DNA from: a virus
Lineage: Duplodnaviria > Caudoviricetes
DNA: 51,441 nt
IMG/VR virus record: IMGVR_UViG_3300022074_000068
Location: 1-51,441 of that record
Strand: one strand, 5' to 3'
Shown here: one piece after another, positions 7,098 through 17,408 of the stretch
How the letters are laid out: every line of letters starts with the position of its first letter
Numbering within the stretch: position 1 is the stretch's first letter
The notes under the pieces: model-generated
Database searches by the model: none
Told to the model about the DNA's origin: nothing
What the model saw: only the letters and a program-made list of their open reading frames with translations
Program-made: the position numbers and the translations under genes

Positions 7098-8623
7098 TGC
7101 CAGAGTTGAGTCAGACAGGTGCGTTTCCATTTGTATGTGAAGGTGGGTTAGTTCTTAACCAATCTACATTTATAATGAAACCCGGTCAAGCTCTTGAACT
7201 TCTTAACTTTGAGCCTGACATCGAAGGTGGCTATCGAAGGATAAATGGTTTTAGCAAATATGTAACTGCCGTTGTACCACAGACAAGTTCAGCAGATGAA
7301 GAAATACTTATGACTGCAACGTTCGGATCAAGTGTTGTTGCTGCACGTGGAGAGAAGATATTTACAGCTACTCCCGGTGGGTCAAGTTGGACAGAACGAG
7401 ATACAGGTCGTACCAATGCAAGTCGATACTCTTTTGAAAGATTTAACTTTGATGGGAACGACAAATTAATAGTTGTCGATCAAACAAACGCACCTACTGT
7501 ATTTAACTCTTCATTTAGTGCAACAGATGTAAGTGAAAGTGCAGTAGCAGGTTCTAAGTTTGTGGTTGCATTTAAGAATCATATGTTCTATGCAGGCAAA
7601 TCTACCACACCTCAAGAAGTTATATTCAGCCAACCGTTTGATGAGGATGCGTTTAGTAGTGGGTCTGGTGCAGGTAGTATAAAAGTTGACGACACTGTGA
7701 CAGGACTTAAAACATTCCGTGACAGTTTGTTTATATTTTGCGAAAACAGAATATTCCAAGTAACAGGTTCATCCCTATCTGATTTTGCAGTAAAACCTGT
7801 AACAAGAAACATAGGGTGCATAAACGGATCAACTATTCAAGAATTTGCAGGTGACCTTATATTCTTAGGTCCTGATGGATTACGTACCATCGCAGGTACT
7901 GCAAGAATTGGTGACGTTGAATTGGGAACAATAAGTTCTAACGTGCAAAGTTTGTTTGATGCAAACTTGTCTGACGCATCTAATTTTACATCTCTTGTTA
8001 TACCTGACAAAACACAGTACAGAATATTCTTTACAAAGAGTGGTTTAGCAGAGTCAAAAACAAAAGGTGTTATTTGTGTTCTTAGAGGTCAGCAGTTTGA
8101 GTTTTCGGAGATGCAAGGTATAAAACCCACTGCCACAGATACATTTGTATCAGCAGGAGATGTTATAGCTATACACGGAGCAGATGACGGATTCATATAC
8201 AGGCAAGAGTCAGGTAATGATTTTGATGGAACTGCCATACTAGGAAGATATCGTAGTCCAGATCTTACAATGAATGACCCCGGAATACGTAAAAATATGC
8301 AACGAGTTATTATTAACTATGCACCTGAATCGTCTATCGATGCAGATTTATTTGTTAGATATGATTATGAAAGTAAAGATGCCGCACGACCTGCAGCTTA
8401 CGCTTTAGATTCAACTGATGTTCAAGCTATATACGGAACATCTACATACGGAGCAACATCATCTGTTCCGGGAACATACGGTGGTCCTTCACAACCATTA
8501 GTTCGACAGCCTGTAGAAGGATCAGGTTTTGCTGTAGCCGTTAGAGTTAACGATGGTGGAACATCAGCACCTTATTCACTAAAAGGATTTCAATTAGAAT
8601 ATCAACTGGGAGCAAGAAGATAA
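7097..8623 (+). CDS. tail tubular protein B / nozzle (stabilisation protein)
   Basis: 508 aa, beta-rich; GGL start, IGC and GDLIFL..DGLR motifs; follows the adaptor. Confidence 0.7.
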   Translation: MPELSQTGAFPFVCEGGLVLNQSTFIMKPGQALELLNFEPDIEGGYRRINGFSKYVTAVVPQTSSADEEILMTATFGSSVVAARGEKIFTATPGGSSWTERDTGRTNASRYSFERFNFDGNDKLIVVDQTNAPTVFNSSFSATDVSESAVAGSKFVVAFKNHMFYAGKSTTPQEVIFSQPFDEDAFSSGSGAGSIKVDDTVTGLKTFRDSLFIFCENRIFQVTGSSLSDFAVKPVTRNIGCINGSTIQEFAGDLIFLGPDGLRTIAGTARIGDVELGTISSNVQSLFDANLSDASNFTSLVIPDKTQYRIFFTKSGLAESKTKGVICVLRGQQFEFSEMQGIKPTATDTFVSAGDVIAIHGADDGFIYRQESGNDFDGTAILGRYRSPDLTMNDPGIRKNMQRVIINYAPESSIDADLFVRYDYESKDAARPAAYALDSTDVQAIYGTSTYGATSSVPGTYGGPSQPLVRQPVEGSGFAVAVRVNDGGTSAPYSLKGFQLEYQLGARR

Positions 8624-10450
8624 ATGGGAGCAACCTATACAAGACAATCTTCTTACACTGACGGAGATGTAATAACTGCGGCTCAAACCAACAATGAGTT
8701 TGATCAGTTATTAGCAGCCTTTCAAGCATCGACTGGACACACTCACGATGGCACAGCCAACGAGGGTGGACCTATTACAAAGCTATTAGGCAACACGCTT
8801 ACGTTCGGTGCAGGAACTGCAGGCACAGATATAACAATTACATTTGATGGCGAAACATCAGATGGTGTCCTTAAATGGATGGAAGATGAGGATTATTTTG
8901 AGTTTAGTGACGACATACTTATTGCTTCTACAGAGAAGTTGCAATTCAGAGATACAGCAATATACATCAATTCGAGTGCCGATGGACAACTCGACATCAT
9001 CGCAGACACAGAAGTACAAATAGCAGCCACTACCATAGATATAAATGGTAACGTAGATATATCAGGCACACTGACAATAGGTGGTGCAGGCATATCTGAA
9101 GCAGAGCTTGAAATACTTGATGGTGCTACTGTAACAACTACAGAGATAAACATACTTGATGGTGACACAAGTGCATCATCAGTAACGGTAGCAGATGCAG
9201 ATAGAGTTGTACTCAACGATAATGGTACAATGAAACAGGTGGCAGTCACTGATTTATCTGCTTACTTTGACGATGAAATAACTGCAATGCCTAATCTTGT
9301 AACTACTGCGGCCACGACTGTTGGTGCGTTAAACTCTGGTAGCATTACGAGTGGCTTTGGTACGATTGATACAGGCTCATCCACAATCACAACTACAGGT
9401 TTAATTACAGGTGGTTCACTAGATATAGACGATGTTGTTATAAACGGAACAACTATTGGACACACAGATGACACAGATTTACTAACACTCACTAGTGGTG
9501 TGGTTACTGTAGCAGGTGAAGTATCCATGACTACACTTGATATCGGTGGAACGAATGTAACTTCTACTGCTGCAGAACTTAACATACTTGATGGTGTGAC
9601 ATCCACTGCAACAGAATTAAATATCATGGATGGTAATACTTCAGCATCATCAACTACGCTTGCAGATGCAGACAGAGTTGTAGTCAACGATGCAGGCACA
9701 ATGAAGCAAGTTGCCTTAACTGACTTTGAGACTTATTTTGAATCTGCACTAGATACATTATCAAATGTAACAACAGTAGGTGCATTAAACTCTGGTAGCA
9801 TTACGAGTGGTTTTGGTGCTATAGACAACGGCTCATCAGCCATAACAACTACAGGCACAGTCACATATGGTAGTTTATCAGACGGTAGTATAACTATCAC
9901 AGCATTTGTTGACGAAGATAACATGGCATCCAACAGTGCTACTCTTGTACCAACACAACAGTCTGTAAAAGCTTACGTTGATACACAGTTAACTGCAGAA
10001 GATTTAGATTTCCAAGCTGACAGTGGTGGTGCGTTAAGCATTGACTTAGATAGTGAAACCTTAACATTTACAGGTGGCACAGGTATTGATACGAGTGGCA
10101 GTGGTAATGCTGTTACTTTTGCAATAGATTCTACTGTGGCTACGTTAGCAGGTACACAAACATTTACAAATAAAACATTAACATCGCCAAAGATAAATGA
10201 AGATGTAGCAGTTACATCCACTGCAACAGAATTAAATATACTCGATGGAGTAACTTCGACTACAACAGAACTAAACATCATGGATGGTAATACATCTGCT
10301 TCTTCTACCACATTAGTAGATGCAGACAGAGTGGTAACAAACGACAACGGAACAATGAAGCAAGTTGCTTTATCTGATGTTAAAACATATTTAAGTAGTG
10401 CAGGATTTACAACGGATGATCCAACTGCACTTGCAATAGCGTTAGGATAA
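8624..10450 (+). CDS. long tail fibre protein with internal repeats
   Basis: N-terminal YTRQSS...GHTHDG; repeated ELNILDG and ADRVV.ND.GTMKQVA units; ends TALAIALG. Confidence 0.8.
   Translation: MGATYTRQSSYTDGDVITAAQTNNEFDQLLAAFQASTGHTHDGTANEGGPITKLLGNTLTFGAGTAGTDITITFDGETSDGVLKWMEDEDYFEFSDDILIASTEKLQFRDTAIYINSSADGQLDIIADTEVQIAATTIDINGNVDISGTLTIGGAGISEAELEILDGATVTTTEINILDGDTSASSVTVADADRVVLNDNGTMKQVAVTDLSAYFDDEITAMPNLVTTAATTVGALNSGSITSGFGTIDTGSSTITTTGLITGGSLDIDDVVINGTTIGHTDDTDLLTLTSGVVTVAGEVSMTTLDIGGTNVTSTAAELNILDGVTSTATELNIMDGNTSASSTTLADADRVVVNDAGTMKQVALTDFETYFESALDTLSNVTTVGALNSGSITSGFGAIDNGSSAITTTGTVTYGSLSDGSITITAFVDEDNMASNSATLVPTQQSVKAYVDTQLTAEDLDFQADSGGALSIDLDSETLTFTGGTGIDTSGSGNAVTFAIDSTVATLAGTQTFTNKTLTSPKINEDVAVTSTATELNILDGVTSTTTELNIMDGNTSASSTTLVDADRVVTNDNGTMKQVALSDVKTYLSSAGFTTDDPTALAIALG
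9100..10380 (+). repeat. intragenic direct repeats in the tail fibre gene
   Basis: Three copies of the E.NI.DG.TSASS.T..DADRVV.ND.GTMKQVA unit and two of TTVGALNSGSITSGFG (about 9315-9362 and 9770-9817); coordinates approximate. Confidence 0.8.
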
Positions 10451-10454
10451 TAAC

Positions 10455-10811
10455 ATGGCAAATACATTTAAATTAACAACAAGGGATGTTGCACCTGCAA
10501 GTGCAGGAACTTTTGAAGAGATATATGATTGTCCAGACAACACCACTGCTGTTGTTATAGGACTGACACTCGCAAATGTTCACACAGCACAAGTTACGGC
10601 TTCTGTTAAACTAGTAAGTACAACAAACCAATCAGGCTCAACACAGAATACTACAGCACATCTTATAAAAGACGTACCTATACCTGTAGGTTCATCTGTA
10701 GAGATTATGTCAGGTAACAAGATTGTTTTAAATGCTGATGACAGAGTATCTGTAGACTGTTCTGTAGCAGATAAAGTTTCAGTAGCAATGAGTTATATGG
10801 AGATTACATAA
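10455..10811 (+). CDS. small tail fibre connector/adaptor protein
   Basis: MANTFK...IKDVPIP.GSS.E...GNKIVL...S.MEIT pattern; follows an AIALG-ending fibre; AGGA RBS. Confidence 0.65.
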   Translation: MANTFKLTTRDVAPASAGTFEEIYDCPDNTTAVVIGLTLANVHTAQVTASVKLVSTTNQSGSTQNTTAHLIKDVPIPVGSSVEIMSGNKIVLNADDRVSVDCSVADKVSVAMSYMEIT

Positions 10812-10812
10812 T

Positions 10813-11970
10813 ATGCCATACATAGGAAAGAAACCTGAAAATATAATTGCAACTGCCATTGATTCAACCACAGGTACGTTTAGTGGTGATGTAACGTCAG
10901 CAGGAACAGTTAATGTTACAGGAGACACTGCAGCAGGTGACGATGCAGCAATAGGATTTACAAGTGCTGAAGGTTTGATACTTACAGGACAAGGGTCTAC
11001 CTCTGATATAACTGTTAAGAACGATGCAGATGCTACTGTGTTTACTGTGCCAACTGGTACGGATGATATACTGTTTCCTGACAATGCAAAGGTAATGTTT
11101 GGTGCAGGTCCTGATTTAAGAATATTTCATGATGGTTCAAATTCCTATATAGAAGAGAATGGAACTGGGGATTTAATTGTACAAACCAATGGTGCTAATT
11201 TCTTAGTAGAGAATACTGATGGTGATGATATGATTAAAGCTATATCTGATGGTGCAGTAGAAATTTCTCACAATAATGTTAAAACGTTTGAAACAACTTC
11301 AACTGGTATAGATATAACTGGAAATCAATCAAATTTTACAGCTAGTTCTGTAAATGCACCATCAGGTGGAAATGGAATTATAGACTTAGTTTGTGCTACT
11401 GCTCGGAGTAGTGGCTTTGGACCTTATATAGGTTTTAGAGTTCCTAATTCTACTGGTAGTACAACTACTGAAGATATGGGAGTAATAGGATTTGTAGCTC
11501 CAGACTCTACTGATGGGTCAAGAAAAGCAGACTTTATTGTAAACACACGAAATACTTCTTTTTCTGAAAAGTTTAGAATTGCAGCTAATGGAGATATAAC
11601 TGCCACAGATACAAGTATTGGCTCAAACTCTGATTCAAGATTAAAAAAAGATATTACTGATTATACATATGATTTAACAAAATTTAAATCTTATGATGTT
11701 AAAAAGTTTAATTGGAAACACCCAGAACTTCATATGGATAAAACAAATCAAATAGGATTTTTAGCTCAAGATTTGCAAAACATAGATACACAATGGGTAT
11801 CTCAAGTTCCTCTTACTCCACTAGACGAAGATGGAAACACACACATAGAAGCACAATATTTAGACGAAGATTTAATGGCATTGACATCTAAACTTGGTGA
11901 AAAAGATGCAATGTATATATCTGTAATACAACAGTTAATAGCACGTATTGAAGCATTGGAGAACGCATAA
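10813..11970 (+). CDS. tail fibre/spike with C-terminal intramolecular chaperone (peptidase S74)
   Basis: MPYIGKKP start; SDSRLKKDI, GFLAQDL and terminal coiled coil IQQLIARIEALENA. Confidence 0.85.
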   Translation: MPYIGKKPENIIATAIDSTTGTFSGDVTSAGTVNVTGDTAAGDDAAIGFTSAEGLILTGQGSTSDITVKNDADATVFTVPTGTDDILFPDNAKVMFGAGPDLRIFHDGSNSYIEENGTGDLIVQTNGANFLVENTDGDDMIKAISDGAVEISHNNVKTFETTSTGIDITGNQSNFTASSVNAPSGGNGIIDLVCATARSSGFGPYIGFRVPNSTGSTTTEDMGVIGFVAPDSTDGSRKADFIVNTRNTSFSEKFRIAANGDITATDTSIGSNSDSRLKKDITDYTYDLTKFKSYDVKKFNWKHPELHMDKTNQIGFLAQDLQNIDTQWVSQVPLTPLDEDGNTHIEAQYLDEDLMALTSKLGEKDAMYISVIQQLIARIEALENA

Positions 11971-13421
11971 TGGCATACTTAGGAGTATCTCCATCTAACG
12001 GAGTACGACAGAAACATACATACACTGCTACTGCATCCCAAACATCATTCAGTGGTGCAGGTGCAGAGAATATCACGTTAAGCTACAAAGACAGTAACTA
12101 CGTTGATGTGTACCAAAATGGTGTGAAGCTAAGTGAAGCTGACTACACAGCTACTACAGGCACGACTGTTGTACTCGCTACAGGTGCTACTGTAAGTGAC
12201 ATGATTGAAGTTGTAGTCTACGATGTATTCTCGGTAGCAGACACTGTAAGTAAAGCAGATGGTGGTACATTTGATGGCAATGTTACGATGGGTGGTACTC
12301 TTGATGTAACAGGTAATGGCACAGTAGGTGGTACATTAGGTATCACAGGTGCAGTTACAGCCAATGCAGGTGTTAATATAGATAACATAACTATAGATGG
12401 CACAGAGATTGACTTATCAAGTGGTAATTTAACGATAGATGTAGCAGGTCAATTAGTAATAAATTCAGATTCTGGTCAAGTAGTATTACAAGATGACACA
12501 GTTAATTGGGGTAATCTTCAAAACTCATCAGGTGATTTTGTTATTGAATCATTAGGTGCAGACAAGGATATAATATTTAAAGGTCTTGATGGTTCTTCTA
12601 CTATTGAAGCTGCACGATTTGATATGTCTGGTGCAGGTTCTTTATTAGTAGGAAAAGCAAATACAACTGCAGGTGTTACTGGTATAGAGCTAGAAACAAG
12701 TGGAACGATAGTTTCTACAAGAGATGGCAATACTAATATATTTCTTAATAGAACATCAAGTGCTGGAAATCTTATAGAATTTAGAAAAGATAACACTGCT
12801 GTAGGCACTATTTCTACAGACTTTGACACTATAGCAATTACTGGTAATGCAACCACAGCTTCACATACTAGTGGTCTTGCTTTTGTGTCAAGTTCTTCGG
12901 CACAAAGAATTGTCCCTTGTCAACAAGGTACTAGCATTGCTGATGATACTATGAATTTAGGTGGTAGTGGTCAAAGATTTGATGATATTCATGCAAGTAA
13001 TGGAACAATACAAACTTCAGACAGAAATGAAAAACAAGATATAGAAGAACTTAATGATGCAGAAAAACGAGTTGCTGTAGTTGCTAAAGGTCTAATGAGA
13101 AAGTTTAGATGGAAGTCTAAAGTAGAAATTAAAGGTGATAATGCAAGAACTCATTTTGGTATTATAGCACAAGACTTAGAAGATGCTTTTAAAGCAGAGG
13201 GTTTAGATGCAACTAAGTATGCAATGTTTTGTTCTGATACTTGGTGGGAAAAAGAAATAACTGTAGATGCAGTAGAAGCTGATGAAGAAAAAGGTATAGA
13301 AGCAAAAGATGCTTATACACGCAGAGATGTCAGGGAAGAAGCTACTGAAGGCTACACAGAAAAAACAAGATTAGGTGTAAGATATAGTGAATTATTAGCC
13401 TTTATCATATCGGCTATATAG
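11970..13421 (+). CDS. tail fibre with C-terminal intramolecular chaperone (peptidase S74)
   Basis: MAYLG start; V.VYQNGVKL..DYTAT.GT.VVL domain; TSDRNEKQDI, HFGIIAQD, GVRYSELLAFII. Confidence 0.85.
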   Translation: MAYLGVSPSNGVRQKHTYTATASQTSFSGAGAENITLSYKDSNYVDVYQNGVKLSEADYTATTGTTVVLATGATVSDMIEVVVYDVFSVADTVSKADGGTFDGNVTMGGTLDVTGNGTVGGTLGITGAVTANAGVNIDNITIDGTEIDLSSGNLTIDVAGQLVINSDSGQVVLQDDTVNWGNLQNSSGDFVIESLGADKDIIFKGLDGSSTIEAARFDMSGAGSLLVGKANTTAGVTGIELETSGTIVSTRDGNTNIFLNRTSSAGNLIEFRKDNTAVGTISTDFDTIAITGNATTASHTSGLAFVSSSSAQRIVPCQQGTSIADDTMNLGGSGQRFDDIHASNGTIQTSDRNEKQDIEELNDAEKRVAVVAKGLMRKFRWKSKVEIKGDNARTHFGIIAQDLEDAFKAEGLDATKYAMFCSDTWWEKEITVDAVEADEEKGIEAKDAYTRRDVREEATEGYTEKTRLGVRYSELLAFIISAI

Positions 13422-13431
13422 GGAGCAAACA

Positions 13432-14685
13432 ATGACAAGAGCAAGTGATACAGCAAAACTGATAGGAGCAGGTGCTACCATATTAGATGGTACAACTATA
13501 AGTACTGCTGATAATACAGACCAACTTACACTTACATCTACTGATGCAGATGCTAGTGAAGGACCAAATCTTGTATTTTATAGAAACTCTAGTTCTCCTG
13601 CAGATGGTGATGATTTATCTACTATAGATTTTATAGGCAGAAATGATAACTCTCAAAATGTAACTTATGGACAAATAAAAACAGTTCTTCTTGATGCTTC
13701 TGACGGAACTGAAGATGCAAGGTTAGAGTTCTATCGTATGATAGGTGGTGTTTCTTCACCAGATTTACAATTAAATTCTGAAGGTGTTGTCATAAATGAA
13801 GGGTCAAACGACATAGACTTTCGTGTTGAATCAAATGGCAATGCTAATATGTTGTTTGTTGATGGTGGTAACAATCAAGTTGGTATAGGCACTAACAGTC
13901 CTACTGGCACACTTACTGTATCTGGTGGCTCAATACATCTTAGCAATAATGGTGAAGCTGTTGTATTTGGCACTGGCACAAACACAAACAATGCAGTTTT
14001 TGGTAATGCTACTTCTAATTTTGTAGCAATAATGACTGCTGGGTCGGAACGTACAAGAGTTAATGCAGATGGTCATTTTTATGTAAATACTAGTGGAGTA
14101 GAACCTAGTGCTTCACAAGTTGGAGTAAGAGTAAGTGGTACTCAAGGTCAAAACTTTTGGAAAAGTGCTAACTCTGGAACTAGTGGTTATGACCATCTTG
14201 TTTTTTTTAATGGCAATGGGTCAGTGGGAAGTATATTTACTAATGGCTCTGCAACAACTTACTCTACAAGTTCTGATTATCGTTTAAAAGAAAATGTAAC
14301 GTATGATTTTGACGCAACAACAAGACTAAAACAACTCAAACCATCTCGTTTTAATTTTAAAGCAGATGCAGATACTACAGTAGATGGTTTTCTTGCACAT
14401 GAGGTTTCAAGCATTGTGCCTGAAGCTATTAGTGGAACTAAAGATGGAACAGAAGATATAACTAATGTTGTTCTTAATGCAGATGGTATAGTCCTTAATA
14501 CAAACGTATCTGAAGAAGATTGGACAATAGGTAAATCTGATGGAACATATGCAAATAATACATCTTGGGTTGCTAGTAAAACTGTACCAAAATATCAAGG
14601 CATAGACCAAAGCAAACTTGTACCTCTACTAGTAAAAACTATACAAGAATTAGAAGCAAGAATAACAGCACTAGAGAACGCATAA
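13432..14685 (+). CDS. tail fibre with C-terminal intramolecular chaperone (peptidase S74)
   Basis: MTRA start; DFRVES and VGIGT.SP repeats; SSDYRLKENV, GFLAHEV, IDQSKLVPLLVKTIQELEARI. Confidence 0.9.
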   Translation: MTRASDTAKLIGAGATILDGTTISTADNTDQLTLTSTDADASEGPNLVFYRNSSSPADGDDLSTIDFIGRNDNSQNVTYGQIKTVLLDASDGTEDARLEFYRMIGGVSSPDLQLNSEGVVINEGSNDIDFRVESNGNANMLFVDGGNNQVGIGTNSPTGTLTVSGGSIHLSNNGEAVVFGTGTNTNNAVFGNATSNFVAIMTAGSERTRVNADGHFYVNTSGVEPSASQVGVRVSGTQGQNFWKSANSGTSGYDHLVFFNGNGSVGSIFTNGSATTYSTSSDYRLKENVTYDFDATTRLKQLKPSRFNFKADADTTVDGFLAHEVSSIVPEAISGTKDGTEDITNVVLNADGIVLNTNVSEEDWTIGKSDGTYANNTSWVASKTVPKYQGIDQSKLVPLLVKTIQELEARITALENA

Positions 14686-14686
14686 C

Positions 14687-14923
14687 ATGGACAGCATAGA
14701 CCCAATGTTATTTTGGAACATAATCCTGACTATGGTCGTTGTACCATTCGGTTGGGCATTTAACAAGATGTTCCAAGAGGTCAAACGCATACAGATACTC
14801 TTGAACAAGACACGAGAAGATTATGCACGTAAGGATGATGTGAAAGATGATATGCACAATCTTATGGATGCACTCAAAAGATTAGAAGATAAGTTGGATA
14901 AGATACTGATTGGAAATAGATAA
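14687..14923 (+). CDS. small membrane protein (TM plus coiled coil)
   Basis: LFWNIILTMVVVPFGWAF followed by LLNKTREDY...RLEDKLD. Confidence 0.75.
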   Translation: MDSIDPMLFWNIILTMVVVPFGWAFNKMFQEVKRIQILLNKTREDYARKDDVKDDMHNLMDALKRLEDKLDKILIGNR

Positions 14924-16257
14924 TGGCAACAATAACTACAGACGATCAACTCAAACAAGAAATAGGTAAGCTTGCTAGTGGACAACAGGGGGTTATGCCT
15001 AAAGTTGAACCTGTACTGCCTACCGTAAAACAAGATGAGTTACAAACAACAACAGGAACAACCGTAACTGGTGATGTAGTTTCACCTGTTGCACCTACAA
15101 TAACTCCCATCACTCCTGCAAAACCTGTTGGTCAAGAAGGTATAGGACAGATAAGTTCCGTTGCAACGAATGTACCACAGATAGGTGAAGCAAAAGTTGC
15201 ACAGATATCAGATCCTAAAGCTGTTATATCTGACATACCACAAGGAACTGTTAGTCAGCAATCTATAGTTGATCCTGCACAAGCCGAACTAGATCAAAGA
15301 GCTACAGTAAAATTTCAACTCGGTAGTCTGTTTGAATCTCTTAAAGAGGGTGAAGATTTACCTGCATGGGCAACGCCTGCCGTTCGTAAAGTATCAGCAG
15401 TTATGCAGGCAAGAGGTCTGGGTGCATCAAGCATGGCTTCTGCGGCCATAACGCAAGCCGTCATGGAATCAGGTATTCCGATTGCAGTCCAAGATGCAAA
15501 CAAGTATGCGACTATACAATTACAAAACCTAAACAACGCACAACAGGGTGCTTTAGCTAATGCGGCCACATTCGCTGCGATGGATAAAGCAAACCTATCT
15601 GCACGATTACAGGGTGCTGTGACGAACGCACAGTCACTATTATCTGTAGATACAGCCAATCTATCTGCACAACAAAAGTCAAACGAACTTAGTTACAGTG
15701 CATTGACACAGGGTTTATTCAAAGACTCTGCAGAAGAAAATGCACGAAGAGAGTTCAATGCAAAGAATGAAACACAAGTACAAGAGTTCTTTGCAGAGCT
15801 TGGATCACAAGTCGAAACAGCCAATGCAAACAGAACTGCTGCAGTAGAACAGTTTAACGCAGGCGAAACAAATGCTATGAATCAATTTAATTCATCTATG
15901 AGAGATGCACGTGATAAGTTCAATGCCAATATGAAGTTTGCAATCGATCAGTCAAACACACAGTGGAGACGACAGATAAATACTGCAGATACAGCATTAC
16001 AAAATGAAACCAACAGAATAAATGTTCAGAATCAATATAATCTTACACAAACTGCATTGTCTCAGTTGTGGCAAAAATACAGAGATAATGCAGCTTGGAA
16101 CTTTCAAAAGTCAGAATCACAATTACAAAGACAACACGAGATAGGTGTTATGGCTATGGAATTTGCAAATACTAAAGAATTGTATGATAAAGAGATGAAA
16201 GACTCAATAGCTACAGGAGTTGGCAATTGGCTTGGAACGTGGATAAGAGAAGGTTAA
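14923..16257 (+). CDS. putative internal virion (ejection) protein
   Basis: 444 aa, rich in A/Q/N, helical; RGLGASSMA..A motif; follows the tail genes. Confidence 0.65.
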   Translation: MATITTDDQLKQEIGKLASGQQGVMPKVEPVLPTVKQDELQTTTGTTVTGDVVSPVAPTITPITPAKPVGQEGIGQISSVATNVPQIGEAKVAQISDPKAVISDIPQGTVSQQSIVDPAQAELDQRATVKFQLGSLFESLKEGEDLPAWATPAVRKVSAVMQARGLGASSMASAAITQAVMESGIPIAVQDANKYATIQLQNLNNAQQGALANAATFAAMDKANLSARLQGAVTNAQSLLSVDTANLSAQQKSNELSYSALTQGLFKDSAEENARREFNAKNETQVQEFFAELGSQVETANANRTAAVEQFNAGETNAMNQFNSSMRDARDKFNANMKFAIDQSNTQWRRQINTADTALQNETNRINVQNQYNLTQTALSQLWQKYRDNAAWNFQKSESQLQRQHEIGVMAMEFANTKELYDKEMKDSIATGVGNWLGTWIREG

Positions 16258-16269
16258 AGGAGTTTTAAT

Positions 16270-16842
16270 ATGGGTCTTTGGCAAGATTTAACAGGTTGGA
16301 TTGATCCTACAGTGAATTGGGTTGCAGAAGCACTAGATTATACTGCTGAAGCTAAAAGCACATTAGATGAGTATGGTGTTACAGTTCCGGGAGATCTTAT
16401 GACTGCAGGAGATTACCTAGTAGATGACATTAAAGATGTAGTTGGATTTGCAAAAAAAGGTTACAAAGTGTATAGTGAAGTAGCAGGTCTTTACGATAAA
16501 ACAACAGGCAAAAGAACAGATAAACAGTATTTTAGTCAACCATCATTTAGAAAGCAAGCTAGATCAGTTGGAGACTTAACATCTGGATCTAGAGCTTACA
16601 CACGAACAAGTCCTGCGACAGGTAATCCTGTAAATATAGGGTATGCCAATCCTGACGTTAGATCATATCTAACACAATTAGCACAAAGTTCGTATAATCA
16701 ACAAATGAATAATATGTTTTCAAGTTATCTTGTATCACCAACCAAAGTAACAGGACAAAAAACAATAGGTATAGGATCGACTACTGTTAAAGGCGTAGCA
16801 AAGAAAACAAAAACATCTAGAAAATCAAGAGGTTTAGAATAA
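16270..16842 (+). CDS. hypothetical virion-associated protein
   Basis: AAGGAG RBS; in the ejection-protein cluster. Confidence 0.65.
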   Translation: MGLWQDLTGWIDPTVNWVAEALDYTAEAKSTLDEYGVTVPGDLMTAGDYLVDDIKDVVGFAKKGYKVYSEVAGLYDKTTGKRTDKQYFSQPSFRKQARSVGDLTSGSRAYTRTSPATGNPVNIGYANPDVRSYLTQLAQSSYNQQMNNMFSSYLVSPTKVTGQKTIGIGSTTVKGVAKKTKTSRKSRGLE

Positions 16843-17408
16843 TGATTGAGGGTATGAATGAAGAGATGCAACCCATGAGAGGTTCAGTAGAAGCAAAAGA
16901 TGAATTTGCTGTAGCACCTCCCGGTCATTCTCTTACCACAGATAACACACGATGGTCGTGGGGTAATCCACCTGTAGATGTAGATCCAGAGATAGTTTTA
17001 ACTAGAGCTATAAGTTCACTCAAAAAACCAAAAGTGCGTAACGAGATGATAAAACTACTTATTGGTGGCGTGTCAGTAGAAACTATGGTTGAGGGTTATA
17101 TACTGCAAGGTTTTCATGATGGTAGATTTACACCTGATGTTGGATTACTCATAAAACCTGCTTTAGCTACCGTTGTAGCAGGAATGGCAGAAGAAGATGG
17201 AGTGCCGTACCGTATGTTTGAAAATAAAGATGCAGGTGAAGAAGATACAATGGATGATAAAACATTCTTTAAGATGATTAAAACAAACAACCCACGTATG
17301 TTTGCATTTATAAAAGAAAATGTAAATCAGTCTATACGTGAAGGTAACAAACCTCTTGAAGAAAACTTTTTAAACGCAGAATTAAAAACGGAAGAAGATG
17401 AACAATGA
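16842..17408 (+). CDS. conserved hypothetical virion-associated protein
   Basis: APPGHSLT...W.W..PP and G.FTPDVGLL motifs; TAATG coupling. Confidence 0.7.
   Translation: MIEGMNEEMQPMRGSVEAKDEFAVAPPGHSLTTDNTRWSWGNPPVDVDPEIVLTRAISSLKKPKVRNEMIKLLIGGVSVETMVEGYILQGFHDGRFTPDVGLLIKPALATVVAGMAEEDGVPYRMFENKDAGEEDTMDDKTFFKMIKTNNPRMFAFIKENVNQSIREGNKPLEENFLNAELKTEEDEQ

Noticed and set aside
9100-10380. Direct repeats considered as a CRISPR array or DGR template/variable repeat pair
   Set aside because: The repeats are in frame, differ at synonymous sites and have no spacers; no reverse transcriptase in the window and no adenine-specific variation.
8893-12856. Long minus-strand ORFs opposite the tail fibre genes, and similar antisense ORFs elsewhere (439-741, 15315-15659, 22514-22819)
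   Set aside because: Shadow frames caused by codon bias of Thr/Gly/Asp-rich genes; no RBS or recognisable motif.
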